A stretch of 64,000 bases of DNA from positions 32,799,449 to 32,863,448 of the forward strand of contig NC_068982.1 in NCBI RefSeq assembly GCF_001194135.2, in the 5' to 3' direction. The notes below the pieces were generated by a model. The model saw only the letters and a program-made list of their open reading frames with translations, did not search any database and was not told the DNA's origin. The stretch comes from Octopus bimaculoides (taxonomy: Eukaryota). This document shows positions 13,152 to 26,055 of this stretch, in pieces (the first letter of the stretch is position 1; every line of letters starts with the position of its first letter). Position numbers and translations under genes: made by a program.

Positions 13152-13829
13152 GACGCAGAAATTGTCAAATAACCAACGTGAGTTTCGAACGATGCTCCTT
13201 GTGGATAAACGAATATACTGCAACAGCGTAATAACAATATAATCGAAACAAACGAGGGTAACCACACGGACCGTAACAACAATCTTTTAATGAACTAGCA
13301 CGAACTACCTCACTCAGACCGCTACTATTTATATGTAGTGGTCCAGTCTATTCTCGCCAGGGGGTGTTGTACTCACGCAGAACAAAAACGTATAAAATTA
13401 CCAAGACGACAACCACAAGAGAATGGAAAATGAAATTTTGTATGTAGTCAATATTCTTGTTGAAAATGGTAACAATTTTCGGGACTTGATTTATTTCAGC
13501 CATTTGGAAATGGGTTACTGTTTCACAAGTAATTGTAAAGTCCGATATTGATCAGCTAGCTAATTCTCAGAGAGGAAGGGTGTCTATGAATATAAACACT
13601 GTCCTTCAAGCTAGCGCCGGGGACGGGGATAACTCACTACCATATTGTCTTTATGTGGATGCTTCTCATGATAAGAGTAAAAGGTTGATAATATTTTCAC
13701 ATTTGATTCCCAATTCTATTAATTTTTATGATATATTGCGTCTAATTATTTCTTTGTACAATAGTGTTCACTTGCTTAGTAAATATTGCTTTCATTATTT
13801 TATCACAGTCATAATCTCTCTTCTTTAAA

Positions 13830-14716
13830 CAAATATCAAAGTAGTCCAACTACGGAGGGTGTCTTTTTTTATACCAGGCACACACGCTTCTCGACCGGAT
13901 GGGTAATGCCAGCGGTGGAGGTTCCACCTCGTCATTCTATAGATGGTTGGCAGTGGCCAAGTGTGATAACACTCTGGAGGAAATCCTGAGCTTCAATGAT
14001 AGCTTGCTGGACTGTTTCAAAGGACATTTGGGCCAGGGCCTATGGATAATTTCCAAAAGTCTCTGGCTTGAAGATGTTACCGAGGAGCTTTACCAGTTCG
14101 AGATAAACTCACCAGGTATGGCTCTTTTTGCTCGCCGACTTGCCCAAGATGCAAGCAAAGCAGCAAAACTGTTCTGCACGCGATTGTGCATGTCCGAAAG
14201 TTTCGGAAATGTGGGTTTATGTTGAACAACTGCTGTCACGTTTAGTAAGAGTACAACTGTCTTCCGAGTCTATAATGAAGACTGTTCCACCACCTTCTCT
14301 GAACAGGGAGGACAAGGTTTGTCTTCTCTTCGTAGTAGCTATAGCGAAAGAGGTTGTGTGGAAGTCACGTCTTCATCTCCGGTATGGGATTGGTAAACGT
14401 TTTTGTTTTCTAGTTCAGAAGGAAAATAAGGCTGGAGAGGAGACGCTTGTCACCTAATACATACGGAAAAAGATGAAAGAAAGTTGCGAATATGCTGAGA
14501 GTAAATGAGCCTACTTGAGCGAGAACATAAAGGTAATCAAAGAGCTCAGTGGTGGAACGGGGCTTGTGGAGTCGAACCCGTCCCCCACTTCCTTTTGTTA
14601 TTTCATATCGTTTATTCATATCATAAATTTTAATGTTACGCATTTTGTTCATCATACGATCTCCGACCTATTGACTTTGTATTGTTCCTCTATGTTGGTC
14701 CCTCGTGAGCAATAAA
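13830..14716 (+). mobile_element. 5'-truncated Tx1/L1-clade LINE: ORF2 C-terminus (zf-RVT) plus 3' UTR
   Basis: From 14081 the frame reads RGALPVRDKLTRYGSFCSPTCPRCKQSSKTVLHAIVH. After a frameshift it continues CPKVSEMWVYVEQLLSRL...VAIAKEVVWKSR. AATAAA lies at 14711-14716. Confidence 0.8.
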
Positions 14717-15315
14717 GAATTAACAATTGATTCCATCTCTATAGGATTACGGTTGATGCTGTTACCCCTTCTCATACGGTCTGCTGTCGGTTGCGCTTCC
14801 GCTACAGCGAGAGAGAAGTTCACAGTTTACGACTATTTCATCTTTGTTCCTTTTACCTGTTCTTATGAAATAAGCAAATTACAAAACTTGACAAAAACTC
14901 TCAACGGCAAGCATTTGAGAAGGTTGCATTATTTCTTCGTGAACCAGTATTTCTTCGTAGACAATTCTGTGTAATTATTTTGCGAGCCTGTTCACTCTTT
15001 GATGCAAAGATAAAAATAGTAGAAAATTTCCAGACTTTTAAGACTGCACATTCACCACTAACTACATGGACTTTACCCCATCTCAAATGTCAAACACTTC
15101 AGAATAAAAAATACAAATTATGTATTTCATTGGCTTCGATAAACCTCCAAACTACTGATTCAAAATAAATGGTTTTCCACGAATACTACTCGATCATATG
15201 TATGTGTATATATCCATACACACACATATTTATAATGAAAACATGACATATCCACTCATATATTTTCATACACAATATAGGTTACATAAAATATTACATA
15301 ATATATATATGTGTA

Positions 15316-15359
<44 letters not shown>

Positions 15360-15360
15360 C

Positions 15361-15430
<70 letters not shown>

Positions 15431-17221
15431 GTGTGTGTATATTTATATATATATACATNNNNNNNNNNNNNNNNNNNNNNNNNNNNNNNNNNNNNNACAA
15501 GCAGTTACTCAAAGAGAGCAAGAAGTAATATTCTTTCTATCAGCAGAAATACTTCTCTTATATTACGTTAGAGCAACAGGGCGATAAAAATCAACAATTT
15601 GTTGGAAACTATTCGCATTCTCATATATAGAAGAGATGTTATGATTTCGATAATTCCCAGTCTATGTGTCCTTTAGCTCCATGCCACTCCATTCACAACG
15701 AATGAATCAACAAGAAAACCTCTACCTAGTAATTCGTCTAGCTAGAAAGAGCAACAAAATTTTTCTTTAATCATATCTTACTCCCGTAAAGGAAAGGAAC
15801 GATACTTTACATTACGCAGTTCTAGTTGAACTATGGCTGTATAAAACCTGAAATAATGATGGTTGCAATGCACATGATGGATATCAGGCTAATCAACAAC
15901 AAAACGTCTCACCACACACCAAATTTTAACACATTTTGAAGGCTTCGCTCCCAAGTTCTGTTAATTATATTTTCCAGATGTCCAATTAGATATCCAAAGA
16001 AATTGTCTGTTTAGTTATAAAAACTGAAAGTAAAGTCAGTTTGATAAACTCCAAAAGTACCAAGCTGCAGTTACTGTTGCAGTATTAGATGCGGGGTTGA
16101 GATGTCATATTTCAGTGATTTTCTTTGTAATCTTACTAATTCTACGGCCTTGTCTCTTATTACTGCATAGCATTTTTGCATAGAACCTTGCTAGAGAAAA
16201 TATATGATCTAAAGAATCTAATTCATAACCTTTATGTGTTTTTTATTTCCTCAAAAATAGAGTAGCCAAGACTACATTATCTAATATGTAAGTTATGGTT
16301 TGGAAGAGATTTGATTGTTATTTCTAGCTTGCTAAATAACCACATAGATGCTCACGACACATGAGAGTACAATAAAGTACAGTCGCCTCTCGGAAGCGAG
16401 TATGACATTAGTATGTACCATGCTTTCGCTAAATGTTTTAGATGCCCTAGAAGCCGTGAGCAGTCATAACCACCTTCTTGACTGTCTCGCTTCTTGACCC
16501 TGCGGAGCCTCCAGGTACTGGTACAGGAGGAAGAGAGAGCAGTGACAGACATTATAAGTTGATTTGACTGGAGCAACGTAAAACGAAGTCTCTTATTCAA
16601 AAGCACATCGCAAGGCCCGGTCAGAATAGGAACTTAAGACCTTATGATCATAAATAAAATACCTAACTATTCGGCAAAAATTTTCACTTAAGGTCTTGGC
16701 ACAAGGCCAGCAAATTTTTTTAGGGAAGGAGTCGATACCATCGACTTTAGAACTTGACTGATACTTCATTTTATCGACTACCAACAAAGTATGAAAAACA
16801 AAGGCGACTCGGTGGTATTTGAACTCAGACCGTAAATAGGTGGAAGAATTGCCGTCAAGTATTTTATCAGACGCGCTAAGCATCTTGCCAGCTTGCTGTT
16901 TTCACTTAAGGGTACAATATAGCATCACAAAAGTAGGTTGTACAGCACATTTCAACCGAAAACTAATCCATTCAGTCACTGTGGCTTCATACGTTTGTAC
17001 TACATTCTTAAAATATTTTAAAACCATTGATATTTTTGATTATTTATGTTAGTAACTTTAACCTTATTCAAGTAATCAGTTATTTGTAATGTTTGTTTTT
17101 GTTTTTCAACAGTTTGTTTAAAAATTCTTGTTTTGCAACCAACGACGTATACCATAGTGTAATTTTAGTGTCATGCTAGTTTTATATTTATGACTCGAAT
17201 AAACTCGATATCCATACTCTA

Positions 17222-17470
17222 AGTCATCATCATCATCTTCTAACATCCGTTTTCCATGTTGGTATGGGTTGGACAGTTTGACCGGAGCTGGCAAGCCGGT
17301 GAGATGCACCGCGTTTCAGTCTGATTTGGCTTGGTTTCTACGGCTGGATGCCCTTCCTAACACCAACCATTTAATGTGTGCTGAGTGCTTTTAACTCGAC
17401 ACTGGCACTAGCGCTTTTACGTGGCGAAGATACAAGTGCTTTTTGCGTGGAACCGGCACAGGACGCCTGC
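17222..17470 (-). mobile_element. SINE-like repeat with a (GAT)n tail; partial second copy at about 36855-36950
   Basis: Contains CTACGGCTGGATGCCCTTCCTAAC. The start TAACATCCGTTT..ATG.TGG.ATGGGTTG is shared with 36860. Confidence 0.6.
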
Positions 17471-20409
17471 AGGCCAATCATCTTCTGGAGGATAGATACT
17501 TTGTTTAAATAAAGCAACAAAAGCCAGTCATTACTGTTATAGTCAGATATAGTTCATTTAAGAATATCGTTGGACACCAGATTCTCTTTTACATACAATT
17601 AATTCTAAAGTGTAACTGCACTGAATCATTGTTTAGCCCCAAGTAAGGGAACATGATCAACCTATTGTTTTGTACATACATAATGGACAACATTGTGCAA
17701 TATCTTGTTCTTTATTTTAAATGGGTTGAATATTTTGTAACAGATCGAGAACCGCGTAGGTATAAACTGATTGATGAGCATTTTGCAAATCATAAATTTT
17801 GTTGTCATTTCGTAAAAGCATGAAGGTAAATGCTTCTGTAACTGAAAAGAAAAGAGCATTTTCTTGGTGACGTTTTGTTCCAGTTCAGCCCTTATTAAGA
17901 AAATGCATGACCAAAGGCATTCCAGCCACGACAATCCCATCAGATATGTCTATGTCCTTCTTTTGTGAAAACAGGAAAAAAATTGAAGGTGATCGGGCCT
18001 GGTATTTCGTGCAGTTCTAGCTATCAAGGAATGACACTCTGTAAAATCTCTACGGAACTCCTATGCTTTGCTTACTAACCGGATAAACAACGTATGTGTG
18101 TGTATGTTTACATGTGTGTGTGTATTTTAAAACGACTGTATGTGAAATTGTTTAGATTTGCAACATTCTCTAAAGTACTGAAAATAATATATGATAAAAA
18201 AAAAAAACATTCAGACAAAGAAAAATCTAATATAAAATCTTTAAAACTCTAAAATTATCAAGACAAATCTTCTGAAGTATGTTTTTTACTTACAAAATAC
18301 ATTGGATACTTCTTCGCGATATGTATTGATACCTTTATATTGTTAGTACTGAATTACTGAAATAAAGGTAACTATATTGACTGACAGCACCAAATTAGAA
18401 GCTGCCAAGTTCGAACAAAACCGCATTTCCATCAAAGTTTACAAATTATTTTCAGATTAAGAATACAACCATGAAGTCATCGAGCCTGCAGGCATTAGCA
18501 GTGAAATCTTCCTCAAACCATAGTCCATCGTCTTAAAGAACGAATGCTGAACAGAGTACGAAGAATTCAAGGCCTGGAAAAACAGACATAACTTGCATAC
18601 CTTTGATCGTAAGACTACTCGGTCAGAAATCACCTGGAGTTAAACAGCACCAGCAACAAATATATTGTCCGAAGGTTAATACTTGTCCTAGATATTGACT
18701 ATGTAAATCACTCTGAAATACCCAACATACTTTAAATTTTGAACGAAGGAAAAAAACTGTTCAGTAAGCTTCACAAATTAATTACCTTTGTTACTATTTT
18801 CAGTGTTTTGTTTATGACTGAACTAAGACCATCAGGCTGCGAATTTTAGCAGCAGATTGCTTTTGAATAATTAGAGTAGTCAATTACATTTTAATTTAGC
18901 GAATATTATCTCAGCTAATAATATCACTTTAGAAAGATCAATGTCATTAACCTATGTAGTTTATCGTAAGTGTTATCGCAATAAGATTTATAAGCGATTC
19001 ATTAATTAAAGTTGCATGGGATTAATTTTAACTTAGCATAAATTATTTGAAAAGAAACAGGGTTGTTTTTTCATAGATAAGAGTTATGTTTAATAAGAAG
19101 AGAATAGTGGCAAGCTTAGATTTATGATAGTGACGCGTCAAGTTTTAAGTAATTAGTCCGGCATTTAATATCTAAGACAGTGTTGAAGTATGATCTTGAG
19201 AAAAAGCATTGGACCGTCGGAGACACTCAGATGGAAAAATACTCTTCCCACCTTCATTTCCGTTTAATGACAATTTACTTTACTTGTGTTGATAGCTTTT
19301 GGGACAGAGATGAAATTCAAAACCTTTCACTTTTCTTATATGCATATAGAGAGCCATGTTAATCAGAACGAAACTAATATCAGTCAATAGACATGGTATA
19401 ATTAATCCGGTAAAGTAAATTACAATAAATCTAAAATTATAAATCGTTTTCTACTTGGATATTAAAAATAGGAAATCTATATGAATCTATTTTTAAATAT
19501 GGATTAAATATTTTTGCATGTATTAAAGATTTTTCAATAAACAGTTATAAACTTCATTTTTTTTTTTTAAACACCCATTTTACGGACTCTGTAATTTGAT
19601 ATAAATTTTCCTCGTATCGTTCCTGCTCAGCCAGCCGTTTTGTATAGAACTTGTTTCTATTAGTTGCCTGAAATTTATTAAACGATTCTAAAAGAGATTT
19701 TTAGAACAAATGTGCCAACGTGGAACTTTGAAAATAAACTGAAAGTGGATAACGTGACATAAACCTGTTTCAATTATATGTCCTTGAAGAATTAGCCACC
19801 AGGAAATAAATCCAAAATGTGTAATCTGATTCTACAACATTAACACTGCTTCAGGAAAAATTTCAAATTTTTCGACTGAATCTGAGTTGTTATTTTAGGG
19901 AAATAAGGATGGAATTGTGTCCCCAAAACACGTATTATTTTTTTTTTTTCGGAACTAACTAAAGTTTTAGGTTTGTGTTGTTACTTACATCTTACAAGTT
20001 ATTTATCTTTGGAGATTTTTCTTTTCGTTTCACTATTATCTGAAATTATTTACGTCTTTTGATTCCTGTCTACTGTATCATAAGAATTTGCATTGGTGTG
20101 GTTTACAAACTCCTCGTCACTAATCTCTAATCTCCTTTTCAATCTTGTGCATTATTTGCTTAAACTAACTTTTACTAAAAAGGGTTCTGTTTGTTTTAAC
20201 GCGGTAATTTCAATCTATCGCATTTCTAGCATCCAAGTTTGTTCTCGAGTCCTTCTTCATATTGCTACATGATAAGTGATACTCTAAAAATAAAAATACA
20301 TAACTTTTGAAACCTTTGCCCATCAAAAAGATTCAGTATATTTCTATTTTCACTAATATAACACTAATAAAGTGATGGCAAGCACTTTGAATAGCTTTCA
20401 TAATCTTTT

Positions 20410-20753
20410 ATACTGGACCACCGCCTTGAAAGGTTTTTTAGTTGAACAAATCGACTTCAGAACTTATTTTTAAAAAACCTAGTGTTTATTTTATCAGTCT
20501 CTTTTACAGAATCGCTAGGTTACGGGAACGTAAACACCAGCTGTCAAGCGGTGATGGTGGGTGACAAACATAGACACAAAAACACATATATGACGGGATT
20601 CTTTCATTTTCCGTCGACCAAATCCGCTCACAAGGCTTTGGCCTGCCCGAGATTACAGTAGAAGACACTTGCCCAAAGTGCTACACAGTGGGACTGAGCC
20701 CGAAACCATGTGCTTGGGAAGCAAGCTTCATACCACATAGACATACCTGCGCC
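20410..20753 (-). mobile_element. SINE family A
   Basis: TAGAAGACACTTGCCCAA..GTGGGACTGAGCCCGAAACCATGTG motif and shared body. Confidence 0.8.
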
Positions 20754-22004
20754 TATCTAAGAAAATTTATTAAATTATTTTTGATTTAGGCACGAGGCCA
20801 GTAATTTTAAGAGGTAAGAGTAAGTCAAGAACCATCGTCCCTGATATACAATTCGTACTGTAATATATCGACGCCGGAGAGATGAAAGTCAAAGTTGACC
20901 TCGGCGGAAACTGAACTCGAACTATATGTAAATAGCCTGAAGAAATAGCGCAAGACACTAACGATTGTGCGAGTTAACTGCTTTATGAAAACTTCCAAAA
21001 TAAAATAACAAAATATACTTTATGATTTCGTTCTATATTGAAGAGTTGTTCAATGTTCAATGAAAGGGTATATATAATGTAGAATGTTCAATGAAAGGGT
21101 ATATATAAAGTAGAGTTGGAGATTCTACCAGAAGCTTCAGATGAAGGATATATTTCTTGCATGCAGAAGGAAGAATATGGCCAATTCAAACAACTCAGTT
21201 GGTGACTTTCCAACTGATCTCGGTAGAATGAAACGCACTTTCCGACTATGAAATATTTTCTCCGACTCTATATGCCACAGCATATATGTTATAGCTTAGT
21301 TTCCGTTCCAGCAGATGAATCGTGAAACATATATAGGCGTATAATAATTGCACGATATCCAAAAATTTAAAGCATTTGTTTCTAGCTACGCTAGTTTGGT
21401 CTATAGTTTGGTCTACGTTAGTTTGGTCTAACTATAGCTACGTTAGTTTGGTCTATAGATAACAATTAAGTTAGTTCTAAGCTATTTAAAACGGGAAATT
21501 AACAGGAAATAATTACTTGGAGGTGAAACAGAAATATTAGTCAATGACGAATACCGTTTCATTTTTATTTCAGAAAGAAAGTGGGAGAGATAATTTCGAA
21601 CGTGTTTCGACTATGTCCTTTTCAGCAACGCATAACAGTGATTAAAGGATAACTGTGTAAACGTTCAAACTGTAAAGAGTGTCTATTGTAGCAAAAATAA
21701 ATTTGTTCAGAGAATAAATATCGGAAACGCCACCAACTTGAAAAACAATACCTACGCTAGTGTTAGTATATTTAATGCAAAGAGTACTATTTCTACCAAG
21801 CTTTTTGCCCCTATGAAGCATAGGCCATCGACGACACATCTCAACTGTTCTCAACTCTGGGTTGTCGTTTCTTACCCCAGATCTTGTTGATTTTGAATTG
21901 TCATCGATGCTTTTGCTATTTTCATGGTAGGCGTGTTGGCCCTACGCAAACCCATTTTAACCTCTGGGAAGAAGTAGTCCATATTTGTCTGGTTTCTGTC
22001 TTTT

Positions 22005-22451
22005 GTCTGAAATTTTGGCACAAGGCCAGCAATTTCGGGGGAGTGCGCAAGTCGATTGCATCGACTCCAGTACTCAACTGGTACTTATTTTATCTCACCC
22101 GAAAGGATGAAAGGCAAAGCTGACCTTGGTGAAAATTGAACTCAGAACATAAAGACGGACGAAATACCATTAAGCATTTTTGCCCGGCGTGTTAATGATT
22201 CTGACAGCTCGCCGCCATATTGAAATGTTAATATTCCTTTCTACTCTATGCACAAGGCCCGAAATTTTTTGGGGGGGCAGCCAGTTGATTAGATCGATCC
22301 TAGTACGCAACTGGTACTTAATTTATTGACGCCGAAAGGATGAAAGGCAAAGTCGACCTCGGTGGAATTTTAACTCAGAACGTAAAGACAGACGAAATAC
22401 CGCAAAGCATTTCGGCCGGCGTGCTAACGTTTCTGCCAGCTCGTCGCCTTA
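22005..22451 (-). mobile_element. Two tandem SINE family B copies; the second (22236-22451) has a 13-bp target-site duplication
   Basis: AAATGTTAATATT occurs at 22223-22235 and 22454-22466. Confidence 0.85.
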
Positions 22452-22980
22452 GAAAATGTTAATATTAACTACTTTCTATGGAAGTTACATCTCTGAATGC
22501 GTTATAAATAGCTTTATTGCGGCAATTGATGATTTCCAAATATGAAAGTACAATATTAACAACTTCGAAACACTCCCTAGTACCTGAAATAATCATCAGT
22601 TAGTTAAAAGAATCCATCTCCCGGTCTAACATCACCTTCCACTTTTTTGGGGTACTCATAGAGAGCTCACTCTATTGCAAGCGTTCGGGTTAGATCTTCG
22701 GTTTGAGGATACCATCCTTCTACCATCCTCAGAAGACCCCTGCAGGGGCCAGGGCATTGCTTTCTCCCCCTAGTTATTCTTACCTCCCGGGCCTTGTCGA
22801 AATTGTGCTTAAATCATTTATTCACTGTCGACTGTCTGCAATCTGGAAAACATTTTAATAAATGAAGCAATATAGTTTCTAATTACTGTTAACAAATCTC
22901 AGCACATGTGATAATATAGCACTGATCATTGATTTACAACGCCTCTACCTCTCTCTCTCTCTCCCTCTCTCTCACACACA

Positions 22981-23014
<34 letters not shown>

Positions 23015-24384
23015 NNNNNNNNNNNNNNNNNNNNNNNNNNNNNNNNNNNNNNNNNNNNNNNNNNNNNNNNNNNNNNNNNNNNNNNNNNNNNNNNNNNNNN
23101 NNNNNNNNNNNNNNNNNNNNNNNNNNNNNNNNNNNNNNNNNNNNNNNNNNNNNNNNNNNNNNNNNNNNNNNNNNNNNNNNNNNNNNNATATATATATTAT
23201 TCATGTGTGCGTGTGTGGTTGTGCATGTGTAATAGCACAAATCGATATACATTTGTAAACGCTATTTCGGAACTAAAAACATGGGGACTTCTACAAGCAT
23301 CTGACAGCGTGTTATCTTATTATCCTGGTTAATTGGGCAACAATCTTGCAAACCGTTGCACTACAGAAGAATGCCAGCTCAGCAGGAACGGCATGGTTCG
23401 ATAGCCGCCGGGTGTTAGATTGCAAGTCTTCAGCTTTCGAAATATCATTTACAAATGTATACAGATTAATATTGCTTATACGAAGACGGAGAAAGAAAAG
23501 CTATTATATATAATGGGCATCCCTATACACATATGTATGTGTTTGTGTGTGTGTGTGTGTACGTATGAATGTGTGTGTATACATATGCATGCCTGTGTGT
23601 ACATATGTGTGTGTGTCAGTGAAAAGTACCCCCATAATAACCAATGGGATGTTGTGTATGGGAATAATCGTTTTACTTACGCTGCATTTCATTTAATTAG
23701 TTTGTTTTAAAAAATATATATTAAATCAACTAACACGCACGTTGGATTCCTCTGAGAATTTTCGAATTATTTGTGTACATTTCTAGCCGACGATGAAATA
23801 AATATTATTAGAATTCAAGTGACAATTCCAAGACAGAATTCTCTTGTGCCGTTAACAATCTCTATATCTCACACCAACACTAATTTTCTCTTTGCTTATT
23901 TCTCATTCTTAACGTTTGTCTTTTTCTTTCTTTCACAGCTTTATACAACTGATGTTAATACATGCAAGCATACATACACATACATATACACATACATTCT
24001 CATTCATGAAGCTTCGACAGAGGCAATGAGATAATGTAGAATGAAGCAAACTATAGATAAGTGTCCTGCTAATTTGGACGCCTGTCTATCACAAATAACA
24101 TGCGAGGTGAACTGATACTTATTTCTACTAGAACACAATGTTATGTCCCGAAGAAAATCAAGCGCGCTCGTTCGGCCAGCCCAAAATAGCTGCAAAATCT
24201 CTATTACATTACAGCCAACTGCATTTTTAAGCGTGGGCCACATTGGAGAATGTAAGCCTAGATGGACGCGTTTTTGCTCCCACTGCTGAATGAATAATGA
24301 TATTGGGCCCTCAGTAACCCTATTGTTGATTAAACAGCTTTTCAGTAGGAGACATATCAACAAACTCACCATCAAACTCAGCGT

Positions 24385-26055
24385 AACCAGTCCATCTACT
24401 AAAAATAACAGCCAAATATCAAACTCACTTAAGAAATAAAGAAAATGGGAACCAGTCATTAGCTAGTACTGTCATTTATATACAAGACGGAATGGTCTGG
24501 GTGGGGCAGTTTTAAACAAAGCTCTGCTAGATTAGGGCTGATGTACAGACTAAAGAACGATAATGACTTATATCGTTTCAAATGTCGGGACAAGGCCAGC
24601 AATTGGGAATTGAGGTGGTAGTCGATTACATTGACTCTGACACTCGGCAGATATCTTATTTTAGCGACCCCGAAAAAAGAGAGGACAAAAATACAGTGTT
24701 GAATATAATATCGAAGCTCGCATTGGATAATATAGTTGTAGACGAATGATGCTTGAAAACAAAGACCTAGTGGTCATAGCTGGAACCCTTTTGATTATAG
24801 TTCCGTTTAATTTGCACCGATCTGGATTTAAGCATCCACAACAGCACTAGCCTACCCAAGAACTGCGCCTTTCTTCTGCTTCATCAGTGGAAAGTAATGA
24901 ATTTAGTGGAATGAATTTAATGGAATAGTTTAAGGTTTAAAGTGAAATAGCTTCACAACAATCGAAACTGCCTTTCACATTATAACCAGGAGCAGCTTAA
25001 TGTTTGTTCAAAGACGTTTTCTACTGTCTGGCGGGTCTATGTTAACACTGAACCATAAGGATTAAAAGCATTCGTTCTCTTTTATATTCATTTATTGTCT
25101 TGCTAAGAATCGAATTCCCCTAAAGACAATTTTCTTTTTTCCCCGGATTAATAAAATAACTACCCGTAATATACTAGGAATGATTCAATAGATTACGTTT
25201 TTCTCAACAAAAATAAATATAAACTCCGTACTTTATATATAAAAAAAGTCTGTATCGATTTTTCTATCTAGTCAAGAAGCCAATTTTTAGAGAAATTAAT
25301 TTTATGCTGAAGTATCTTCGGAAGATTACTTATAGTAACTTTTCTGCCCTACTCGCACACAAAATAAAAATATATAAAAATAGATCCTAATTCTAGACAT
25401 AATTAAATGCTTTTATGCAAATTAATCAAATATTCTGAAACTCTCCAATCTCCCCAGTCGACAATTTGGTTTCAAATAATTATTTAAATCAATTATTTAA
25501 ATCTGACATTAATGCTGTTATTAAGGCAGCGAGTTGGTAGAATCGCTACCACGCTGAAAAAGTATACTTAGCATTTCTTACGGCTTCACGTTCTGAGTTT
25601 AAATACCACCGAGGTTGACTTTGCATTTCATTCTTTCCGGGGCAATTAAATAAGTACTATTTGAGCATTGGAGTTGATGTGATCGATTTCCCCTCCCCTC
25701 AGAATAGCTCGACTTGTGCCAAAATTAGAAAGGAAAATATTTTTGTTCAGTAATTTTAGTGTTGTCCACGGCGGATTTGAACCCAGAACGGTAAAGGCTA
25801 TTGTTATCGCCTTCAAATAAAACAAATTTTAATCGCGCCAACAAGACTCAACATTATCATCTCTGAAACTGCGTTATATAAAAGTCAAATCTCCTTTAAA
25901 TCATATCAAACTGACTTAAGAAATAAAGAAAGTCGGAACGACTTATTAGCCAGTGTCGTCTTTGATATACGAGATGAAATGGTCTGGGGTGAGACATTTT
26001 TAACATAGGTCTGCTAGATTAGAACTGATGTGGAGGCTAAAGAACGACAACTACT
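24385..26055 (+). repeat. Two copies of a dispersed SINE-tail repeat (24385-24565 and 25875-26055); related pieces at about 18460-18660, 46370-46460 and 49500-49700
   Basis: Shared TTAAGAAATAAAGAAA...TTAGC.AGT..GTC.TT.ATATAC.AGA...AATGGTCTGGG...TCTGCTAGATTAG..CTGATGT..AG.CTAAAGAACGA. Confidence 0.6.

Larger units (their letters stand above)
9890..13420 (-). mobile_element. Degenerate Ty3/Gypsy LTR retrotransposon (K02A2.6/Mag-like); no paired LTRs detected
   Basis: Domain order on the minus strand is gag, CCHC knuckle, protease, RT, RNase H, integrase, which is the Gypsy order. Many stops and frameshifts. A TATAAATA/ATTAAA-containing LTR-like segment lies at about 13200-13420. Confidence 0.92.

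Noticed and set aside
9590-13432. AGAGAATGGAAAATG (about 9593 and 13418) and CAAGAGAATG (about 9790 and 13416) as LTR or target-site remnants of the Gypsy element
   Set aside because: The matches are short, do not extend, and are the wrong length and position for a 4-5 bp LTR target-site duplication.
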